This document shows, piece by piece, positions 31,016-39,042 of a DNA stretch of 64,000 nucleotides. The notes under the pieces are model-generated. The model did no database searches. It was not told the origin of the DNA and saw nothing but the letters and a program-made list of their open reading frames with translations. The DNA is from an uncultured Marinilabiliaceae bacterium (lineage in GTDB: Bacteria > Bacteroidota > Bacteroidia > Bacteroidales > VadinHA17): the NCBI GenBank assembly GCA_942491535.1, contig CALOBV010000012.1, positions 137,774-201,773 of the forward strand, given 5' to 3'. Each line of letters opens with the position of its first letter. Position 1 is the first letter of the stretch. Both the position numbers and the translations under genes were made by a program.

Positions 31016-32119
31016 ATGAAACTAATTAATAAATCAATCCTTAGCATAATCTCAGTTTTGCTGATATTCTTTTTCTATAGCTGCCAGAAGAATGATCCTG
31101 ATACGGAGGATGATATAATAGCTAAAATAGCTGAATACACTGGTGGTTCTTTCAAGATGGTTTATTGCCCGGGTGGGACATTCCTTACCAATGATGATGA
31201 TGATGATCCTGATTTTGAAGACGGGCCTGAAGTAACTGTAGCTCCTTTCTGGATATCTGAGATAGAAGTCACCAATGAACTTCTGGCCTGGATCTATAAT
31301 TGTGCTTCCGGCCTCGATATAGTCCCGGGAGCCATCACGGGAGGAACGCCGATATTTGATACTGAAGATGATAACGCTCCGAACTATCTTTGCGAAGACT
31401 ATGTGAAATGGGGCGATCAGCCTCTTATATATATGGGAGGATCCCAGCTAAATGGCTACCACGATATAGAGCTAAATAATGGCTTCAATCCGAGAGATGG
31501 CCTTGATGACTACCCCTGTACCGATATAACGTGGTATGGGGCAATAATGGCCTGTAACTGGCTTACCGATAAAGGTGTGGGAATAGGCCAGTTAAGTAAG
31601 GTGTACTCTGATATTGATGAGGAGTGGTTGGCCAATGAGACAGTAAGTAATACTAATAAAACAGGATTCAGGCTGCCAACTCCAGCAGAATGGGAGTGCG
31701 CTGCCCGCTGGCAGGGCCCGGATAACTCCGGCGATTGCTATGAATATCCTGCCGGCAGCGGACAGTACTGGACACGTGGTGGTTGTGCAAGTGGTGCGAC
31801 AGCTCTGGCAAACGACGTGACAGCCACTTCTGAAGTAGCCGTCTATAAATATAGTGATGCCAGTATTCAAAATCCTGAAGATGTACAGGAAGTAATTGAA
31901 AACAGGAAACCTAATGCCCTGGGCCTTTACGATATGAGCGGAAACGTATGGGAATGGTGCTACGATGAAGATGAAACCTGGCAAATCAGGATAATAAGGG
32001 GTGGCGGAGCATTCTCTTATTTTAATGATGTAAGGATAACTTCAACATGGGCATATCCTGCAGATGGTACAGCCAGCGATCTTGGCTTCCGGCTGGTGAT
32101 GAGTGCAGACGATAAATAG
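31016..32119 (+). CDS. SUMF1/FGE-sulfatase-fold lipoprotein
   Basis: Lipobox FYSC; FWISEIEVTN, GFRLPTPAEWECAAR, PNALGLYDMSGNVWEWC, IIRGGG, LGFRLV. Confidence 0.88.
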   Translation: MKLINKSILSIISVLLIFFFYSCQKNDPDTEDDIIAKIAEYTGGSFKMVYCPGGTFLTNDDDDDPDFEDGPEVTVAPFWISEIEVTNELLAWIYNCASGLDIVPGAITGGTPIFDTEDDNAPNYLCEDYVKWGDQPLIYMGGSQLNGYHDIELNNGFNPRDGLDDYPCTDITWYGAIMACNWLTDKGVGIGQLSKVYSDIDEEWLANETVSNTNKTGFRLPTPAEWECAARWQGPDNSGDCYEYPAGSGQYWTRGGCASGATALANDVTATSEVAVYKYSDASIQNPEDVQEVIENRKPNALGLYDMSGNVWEWCYDEDETWQIRIIRGGGAFSYFNDVRITSTWAYPADGTASDLGFRLVMSADDK

Positions 32120-32229
32120 GATAATAAATATTATCTGTCTTAAAGGATGAGATTATCAGTTCATTTTTGCAGTTCCTGTCCGTATGATGCATAAAAGATT
32201 AGTATAACTCTAATAAAAAATAACTTATC

Positions 32230-34476
32230 ATGAAAGCATTTACACGATTAAGCGTTTTTTTCTTATTGTTAAGTCTGATACCATCCTGGGCCTTTGCCCA
32301 GTGGAGTACGGATGTTAATGAAAATACTATGGTTACAAATGCGATTAAAGACCAGAGAGAACCCACGGTTATTTCTGATGATAATGGAGGTGTCATAATT
32401 GCATGGCGCGACTACCAGTACAATGAATCTATCTTTGGAGGCGATATACTGGCCCAGAGACTTAACGACGAGGGATACCTTATGTGGCAGACAGGAGGTA
32501 TAGGTGTTAATGCCGGGTCGATAGGTAAGGGTCATTTCAGTCCTGTAATGGTTGAGGATGGCTATGGAGGTGCTGTAATAGCATGGGGACGAACCCCCGG
32601 ATTTTTATATAATTATGACATCTTTGCCCAGAAGGTAAAAAATGATGGCACAAGGCTCTGGGCATCAAATGATGTTACTATCTCAGATCGATCAGGTACA
32701 GAATCATTTCACCAGATGGTAAGCGACGATTCGTGTGGCGCCATACTTACATGGACTCATCTGCCCGGGACTCCCGGATCGACAGATATATATGCTCAGA
32801 GAGTAGACTCAGCGGGTAATCCCATCTGGGACAATAATGGAGTGGAGATTTGTATGGCAGCAGAGAGCCAGTCTTACCCCATGTTGACCAGTGATGGTAA
32901 TAGTGGAGCTATTATTACCTGGGGCGATTCACGCAGGGGAGTGGGACAGTCAGATATTTATGTTCAGAAAATAAGCCACGACGGAGTAGTTCAGTGGGCA
33001 GCCGATGGCGTTATACTTTGTAATAATACTAACTTCCAGGGATATCCTGTAATTATAAGCGATAGCGAGGGAGGTGCAATAATTGCCTGGAGTGATGCCA
33101 GGGCAGGAAACTTCGATATTTATGCACAGAGGATCAATGCGGATGGTGATCTTATGTGGGCAGAACAAGGAATTCCCGTTTGTAGTGCTGCACAGTATCA
33201 GGACATGCCTCAAATCGTAGGAGATGGAGCCGGGGGAGCATTTGTTGTATGGCAGGATCAGCGAAATGGGAACATGGATATTTTTGCCCAGCGGATTAAT
33301 AGTTCAGGAGCATTGCTCTGGGATAACGATGGTGTAGCAGCAGCTAGTGCTCCAAATAATCAGTATGATCATAAGATTGTAAGTGATAATGTGGGCGGGG
33401 TATTGATTGCCTGGACCGATTACCGAAGCGACCCCCTGGGCGATATATATGCTCAAAGGATAGATGCCTCCGGTACTACTCTATGGAATGATAATGGTTC
33501 CATAGTATGTGGAGTGGCAGGTTACCAGGAAACTCCAGTGCTTGCTTCAGATGGAGATGAAGGGGCAATAATTGTATGGGCAGATAAACGCAGTGGAACA
33601 GATTATGATATTTTTGCCCAGAAGATAGATAAGAAGGGAGACCCGGGGATATTTATTGATAGTGACCTTGATGGTATTGGAGACCTGGAGGAGCAAGGCT
33701 CAGCTGGAAATAATCCCGACTACGATGGAAATAATGATGGTACTGCTGACAGGCTGCAGGCTAATGTCGCATCTTTTAAAACCTTTAGCCAGGAACAGTA
33801 TGTAAGCTTAGCCGTTCCTGAGCCGCTTATACTTGAAGATGTGCAGGCAATAGATAACCCCGATCCCGATGCTCCAGGTTCTCCTGAGTCTGATGTAGAT
33901 CCCTATGGCTTCTTCAGCTTTACCATAAGCGGCTTGAGTCCGGGAGGATCGACGATAGCAAAACTTGTTCTTCATGGCGGATCTGAAATAAGTACTTACT
34001 ACAAATATGGACCAACCCCTACTGAGAGTACTGCCTGGTATGAATTTACCTATGATGGTGAAACAGGAGCTACAATAAATGCAGATACAGTATTCCTGCA
34101 CCTGATCGACGGACTCAGGGGTGATTATGATATTACTGCTAACGGAATAATTGTCGAGCCAGGCGGTCCGATCTACCTGGCAACATCTATTATAGATTAT
34201 CATTCTACAGGCTTCGAACTTGAGCCAATTTATCCCAACCCTGTTTCTGGTATATGCACCATACCTTTTTCTGTAGCTTCAACATCAAATATAAATATTG
34301 AAGTATATGACCTGTCTGGCAGACTTATTAAGTGTTTGTTTAAGGAGATAGTTACTGAAGGGAAGTACCAAACAACATTTGATTTCGAAAACTTCAAAGA
34401 AGGCAGCTATATTCTTAAGATGTCTGATGGGAAACAGTCGGTGACCCGGAGAATAATAAAACTTTCTCAATATTAA
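32230..34476 (+). CDS. T9SS-secreted protein: 8-repeat beta-propeller, choice-of-anchor U-like domain, type A CTD
   Basis: Eight DI(Y/F/L)(A/V)Q(R/K) repeats; PYGFFSF...YYKYGPT...LIDGLRGDYD..ANGIIVEPGGP; IYPNP...YDLSGRLI...YILKM. Confidence 0.8.
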   Translation: MKAFTRLSVFFLLLSLIPSWAFAQWSTDVNENTMVTNAIKDQREPTVISDDNGGVIIAWRDYQYNESIFGGDILAQRLNDEGYLMWQTGGIGVNAGSIGKGHFSPVMVEDGYGGAVIAWGRTPGFLYNYDIFAQKVKNDGTRLWASNDVTISDRSGTESFHQMVSDDSCGAILTWTHLPGTPGSTDIYAQRVDSAGNPIWDNNGVEICMAAESQSYPMLTSDGNSGAIITWGDSRRGVGQSDIYVQKISHDGVVQWAADGVILCNNTNFQGYPVIISDSEGGAIIAWSDARAGNFDIYAQRINADGDLMWAEQGIPVCSAAQYQDMPQIVGDGAGGAFVVWQDQRNGNMDIFAQRINSSGALLWDNDGVAAASAPNNQYDHKIVSDNVGGVLIAWTDYRSDPLGDIYAQRIDASGTTLWNDNGSIVCGVAGYQETPVLASDGDEGAIIVWADKRSGTDYDIFAQKIDKKGDPGIFIDSDLDGIGDLEEQGSAGNNPDYDGNNDGTADRLQANVASFKTFSQEQYVSLAVPEPLILEDVQAIDNPDPDAPGSPESDVDPYGFFSFTISGLSPGGSTIAKLVLHGGSEISTYYKYGPTPTESTAWYEFTYDGETGATINADTVFLHLIDGLRGDYDITANGIIVEPGGPIYLATSIIDYHSTGFELEPIYPNPVSGICTIPFSVASTSNINIEVYDLSGRLIKCLFKEIVTEGKYQTTFDFENFKEGSYILKMSDGKQSVTRRIIKLSQY

Positions 34477-34490
34477 GTATTGATTATATT

Positions 34491-34533
34491 AAGGGTAGCA
34501 GGATTAATAAGTTTAATCCTGCCCTTTTCTTTT
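34491..34533 (+). terminator. intrinsic terminator closing the exported-protein island
   Basis: GCAGGATTAA-TAAGT-TTAATCCTGC followed by ccttttctttt. Confidence 0.8.
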
Positions 34534-34607
34534 GGTATGGATTTCTTACTTTTGTGGTGAAACTTCATTGTCAAAACAGGGATGCTTTCCCCCTTAAAAA
34601 GAATTCA

Positions 34608-35480
34608 ATGAAACAAAAAGTAGCCTTAGTATTATCGGGAGGAGGAGCAAGGGGAATAGCTCATATAGGAGCGATTGAAGAACTTGAAGATCAAGGCTTT
34701 GAGATAACTTCAGTAGCAGGCACTTCAATGGGGGCTCTTGTTGGTGGTGTTTATGCCCAGGGCAGGCTTGAAGAGTTTAAAAACTGGATGCTGACACTTG
34801 ATAGAAAAAAGGTTTTTGGACTTGTAGATTTCACTCTTAGCAAGCAGGGCCTGGTAAAGGGAGATAAGGTGTTTAGTGCCATGAAGGAATTTATCCCCGA
34901 TTCCGATATAAGAGATTTAAAAATACCATATGCTGCTGTTGCTGTCGACCTTAATAAAATGGAAGAGGTAGTATTCAGATCAGGCAGCCTCTATGAAGCA
35001 ATAAGAGCATCAGTATCAATACCAACAGTGCTTACTCCGGTTGAAAAAGGAGAGGCACTTCTTGTTGATGGGGGAGTAATGAATAATATCCCAGTTGATG
35101 TGGTGAAACGTCACAGGAGAGACCTCCTGGCAGTGGTAAATGTTAATGCCAATATTCCAAAACCATTACTTCAGCAAGCTAAAAAGGAAGTTGAGAAATC
35201 TGATAGCATCTATAACAAAAAAATTAATGAATTCAGGGCCTACCTTAAAAAGATGTTACCAGAGAAGGATGATGACGAACTTGGATATTTTGATCTTTTA
35301 AACAGGACAATCAGCTCTATGATTTACCACAATGCCCAGGTCAACCTGGATAAATATAACCCCGACATACTGGTTAAGGTATCAAGGAATTCCTGCGGAA
35401 CCTACGACTTTTACAAAGCGGAGGAGATGATTAAATATGGAAGGATGGCTGCAAAGGAGGCAATAGAGAAATATGGCTGA
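34608..35480 (+). CDS. patatin-like phospholipase
   Basis: LSGGGARG, GTSMG and DGG motifs. Start ATG 34608. Confidence 0.92.
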   Translation: MKQKVALVLSGGGARGIAHIGAIEELEDQGFEITSVAGTSMGALVGGVYAQGRLEEFKNWMLTLDRKKVFGLVDFTLSKQGLVKGDKVFSAMKEFIPDSDIRDLKIPYAAVAVDLNKMEEVVFRSGSLYEAIRASVSIPTVLTPVEKGEALLVDGGVMNNIPVDVVKRHRRDLLAVVNVNANIPKPLLQQAKKEVEKSDSIYNKKINEFRAYLKKMLPEKDDDELGYFDLLNRTISSMIYHNAQVNLDKYNPDILVKVSRNSCGTYDFYKAEEMIKYGRMAAKEAIEKYG

Positions 35481-35569
35481 AGGCAATAGAATGATTCCCG
35501 GGAAATAATACTGGATATGTTAAACTGTATCAAACATTTCTGTATTACATTTGTTCTTTATTCAACTAT

Positions 35570-36679
35570 ATGAGAGCAATTTTCCCATTTATCATTATGC
35601 TTATTTTCCTGGCCTTCCTGGTCTGGGCAAATATCTACCTGGCAAGAAGTTTTGGTAAATATTTTGATATTGGAGAACTTAAATCGCTTAATTTATTATT
35701 TGCTGCCGTTACCGTATTAATGATTTTCGGCTTATTCGGCTTTACAAACTCTACAAGCCTGGTGGGTACCATAGTCTATAAGGTATCGGCTGTGTTAATG
35801 GGACTGGTATTATACCTGTTTATAACAGTTATAATAATTAATCTTCTATCCCTGGTTGTTCCGATTAAAGAGATATACCAGGGAATTTCAGTTATTGCAG
35901 CTACGATATTAATTATAGTATTCGGTATTTTCAATTCTTATAACCTTAAGGTCAGCAGGCTGGAAATTCCGATTAAGGGACTTAAGAATGAAGTAGCTCT
36001 TATTCATCTTTCAGATATTCACCTTGGTCATTTCAGGGGTGAGAAATTTCTTGAGAGGATTGTAGATATATCCAATCGGCAGGATCCTGACCTGATATTA
36101 ATTACCGGTGATCTTTTTGATGGCAGGATAAGGCTTAAGGGAGAGACACTTGAAGCTCTACGGGAAACTAAGGTGCCTGTATATTTTGTTGAGGGGAACC
36201 ACGACGGATACACAGGTGTTAAGGTGATAAAAGATTTATTAAGAGAAAAGGGTGTCAGGGTTCTGGAAAATGAAGTGGCATTAGAAGGCGAACTACAGAT
36301 TATTGGACTAAACCACCTTCTCCCTGATAGCACAACGGTTGGAATGCATGCCACACTCGGAAAAGAAACAATTAAGAATATACTTCCCGGGCTAAATATT
36401 GATCGGGAACGGCCTTCAATACTTTTACATCACAGTCCTGATGGCATACAGTATGCCAGTGCCGCAGGAGTAGATCTCTACCTCGCAGGTCATACACATG
36501 CCGGACAGCTCTTTCCGATAACTCTGATTAACGATCTTATATTTAAGTACAACAAGGGTTTGAATGAATACAGGAATACAAGAATATTTGTTTCCCAGGG
36601 AGTAGGAACCTTTGGTCCGCCAATAAGGGTTGGTACCAGAAGTGAGATTGCTCTGATTAAACTTATTCCTGAAAAATAA
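35570..36679 (+). CDS. membrane-anchored metallophosphoesterase
   Basis: Four TM helices; SDIHLG, TGDLFD, GNHD and GHTHAGQ motifs. Confidence 0.92.
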   Translation: MRAIFPFIIMLIFLAFLVWANIYLARSFGKYFDIGELKSLNLLFAAVTVLMIFGLFGFTNSTSLVGTIVYKVSAVLMGLVLYLFITVIIINLLSLVVPIKEIYQGISVIAATILIIVFGIFNSYNLKVSRLEIPIKGLKNEVALIHLSDIHLGHFRGEKFLERIVDISNRQDPDLILITGDLFDGRIRLKGETLEALRETKVPVYFVEGNHDGYTGVKVIKDLLREKGVRVLENEVALEGELQIIGLNHLLPDSTTVGMHATLGKETIKNILPGLNIDRERPSILLHHSPDGIQYASAAGVDLYLAGHTHAGQLFPITLINDLIFKYNKGLNEYRNTRIFVSQGVGTFGPPIRVGTRSEIALIKLIPEK

Positions 36680-36684
36680 TTATT

Positions 36685-37269
36685 ATGCTTTTATACGAAA
36701 AAGTATTTGAGAACAATCGTAGATGGCTTAAGGATAAAAAGGCAGCTGATAAAGATTTTTTTCAAAAGCTTGCTTATGAGCAAAACCCCGATTTCATGAT
36801 TATAGGATGTAGCGATAGCAGGGTGCCACTTGAAAGTATTACCGGTGCTCAACCCGGAGATCTTTTCGTCCATCGCAATGTGGCCAACCAGGCAAGCAAG
36901 TCAGACCATAGTGTATTAAGTGCAATAGAATTTGCCATTAGCAACTTTAATATAAAGCATATTGTAGTTTGTGGTCATACCCAGTGTGGGGGGGTAAGTA
37001 CTGCTATGGAGTCGGAAGATGAGGATACGAACCTCGGATCATGGCTCTCTAATATCAGGTATGTAATGAAGAAACACGATGATGAACTTCACATCCTGGA
37101 TCCGGATAAAAAATATAACAGGCTAATTGAATTAAACACTTTAGAACAGTGCCGTAATATTGCTTCCCTTAAAATTATTCAGTCTTCACAAGGAAAAACA
37201 GGTTTCCCAATTGTTCATGCCTGGATCTATGATATAGAAACAGGTCAGTTGTACGACCTTAATTACTGA
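36685..37269 (+). CDS. beta-class carbonic anhydrase
   Basis: IGCSDSRV, HRNVAN and GHTQCGGV motifs. Confidence 0.93.
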   Translation: MLLYEKVFENNRRWLKDKKAADKDFFQKLAYEQNPDFMIIGCSDSRVPLESITGAQPGDLFVHRNVANQASKSDHSVLSAIEFAISNFNIKHIVVCGHTQCGGVSTAMESEDEDTNLGSWLSNIRYVMKKHDDELHILDPDKKYNRLIELNTLEQCRNIASLKIIQSSQGKTGFPIVHAWIYDIETGQLYDLNY

Positions 37270-38843
37270 ACAAAGCCCGGAACAGTTTCCATATTAGACA
37301 GCTTCTTAGTAATTAAGTAACTTAGCCTGGCAATACTTTCAGCTTTTTCATAATCTATTTTATCGGCATCATCACCCGGTTGATGAAGGTCTCTATGCAT
37401 TCCTGAGAAGAAGAAAAATGCTGGTATGCCTTCATCTATATATGACATATGGTCGCTACCTCCCGGAGAATCTTCGTCGTTATCAAAGATCAGGGGGAAG
37501 TCGGTAACTCCCTTATTGATGTCATTAATAAATGCCTCGATACCGGCTATATACTTTTTATTTGTTACAACATAGTGTGCTCGTGTTTCTTCATTTTCCG
37601 GACCACTTCTTCCGATCATGTCCATATTAAGGTTAAACTTGAGTTTATCCAATGGAACAGCTTTGCTATGTACAAAATATTCCGAACCGTGAAGACCCAT
37701 TTCCTCGGCTGTATATGCAATAAAGATTACCGATCTCTTAAATGGATTCAAGGCAACAGCTTCGGCGATTTCAATTACCCCGGATGAACCGCTGGCATTA
37801 TCATCAGCACCATTACATACCTGTCCCATTACCGGTTTAACATGATCAAGGTGGGCTCCTACAACTATATATTCATCTTTCAATACGGGATCTGTTCCGC
37901 GAACCATCCCGATAACATTCTTTGTTGTGATCATTTCCTCACTCACAACTTCAATTTCACTGTTCAGGTAAATGTCTTTTAATAACTGGGGCTTGTAATT
38001 TATAATTAAGTTCTCCTTGTTGGTAAGGGGGTTGCTTTTATTTCCGGCCATCAGTATTTCAAAAACCTCAGGTTTTGCCAGGTAGATTGAAGGCATTGAT
38101 CGTGATTCTTCATTTTGTTCTGCCCCTTTATAGATATATTTTTCCTTCCCAAACGAACTCGGGATCATTGCATAGGGCAGACCCGCAGATCCGTCAACAT
38201 CGACAATTATTATCCCAGCAGCACCTTTGTTGAACAGTCCGCCTATTTTGCCCTGGAGTCCCTGCATACCTGTATATTTCTTGTGTATTTCAGGGGGTAA
38301 GACAGGCTCTCCTTCTATAACAGGTGCCCCCCCAATAACGAGCAGTATCTTCCCCTCGGTATCCAATTCTTCAAAGTCGTTCCACTTATAATCGGGTTCT
38401 TCAATACCAAATCCGACATAAACCAGCTCTGTATTATCGTTAGTAATATTACTGGCAAATAATACTTTGAAATCCTTTATATGTGCCAGCTCGGTTGAAC
38501 TACCATCTTTGGAGATCTTCCAACTCAGTTCATTCCCAAATACTGTTTTAGCAAAGGGTACACCCTGGAAAAACGAACTGGATCCATCTTCTTCAGTAAT
38601 CAAAGGTTCCAGGCCTGCAGCAGCAAATTGTGCAGCAACATACTGAGCCGCAATTTCATATTCGGCCGAGGGTCCGACCCTCCCACCCATAAAGTCAGAT
38701 GCCAGAAAATAAATATGTCCTTTAAGTTCATCTGCAGTAATTGATTGGAGAGCTTTATCTGACTGGGCAAGTGCTCCCTGAAACAAAAATATTGAGAGGG
38801 TGGCCAGACCGATAATTCTTGTGCTTTTAAATATTTTAAACAT
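37263..38843 (-). CDS. M28 family peptidase with a PA domain
   Basis: GAHLDH, GADDNASG, AEEMGLHGS, NMDMIG, SDH and LHQPGDD motifs. Confidence 0.9.
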   Translation of the reverse strand: MFKIFKSTRIIGLATLSIFLFQGALAQSDKALQSITADELKGHIYFLASDFMGGRVGPSAEYEIAAQYVAAQFAAAGLEPLITEEDGSSSFFQGVPFAKTVFGNELSWKISKDGSSTELAHIKDFKVLFASNITNDNTELVYVGFGIEEPDYKWNDFEELDTEGKILLVIGGAPVIEGEPVLPPEIHKKYTGMQGLQGKIGGLFNKGAAGIIIVDVDGSAGLPYAMIPSSFGKEKYIYKGAEQNEESRSMPSIYLAKPEVFEILMAGNKSNPLTNKENLIINYKPQLLKDIYLNSEIEVVSEEMITTKNVIGMVRGTDPVLKDEYIVVGAHLDHVKPVMGQVCNGADDNASGSSGVIEIAEAVALNPFKRSVIFIAYTAEEMGLHGSEYFVHSKAVPLDKLKFNLNMDMIGRSGPENEETRAHYVVTNKKYIAGIEAFINDINKGVTDFPLIFDNDEDSPGGSDHMSYIDEGIPAFFFFSGMHRDLHQPGDDADKIDYEKAESIARLSYLITKKLSNMETVPGFVQ

Positions 38844-39042
38844 GTCTGAATATATATTTGTGGTTTTTCACTGTATTATCCGCATAAGCTGTGTTAAATA
38901 ATTTTTCGCAAATGATTAATATTTAACGACGCAATAAATTGTATTATGTTGCAGATTGGGCAATTTATGAAAAAAATCAGCGAATTATGGGACGTAATTA
39001 ATTTTTTTTCGTCATTTATCAGAAACCAACATAACACCAACC

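Noticed and set aside
11839-34533. Integrative element inserted at tRNA-Cys
   Set aside because: I found no duplicated tRNA 3' end (attR) and no integrase, relaxase or phage gene in the window, and cydAB lies in between.
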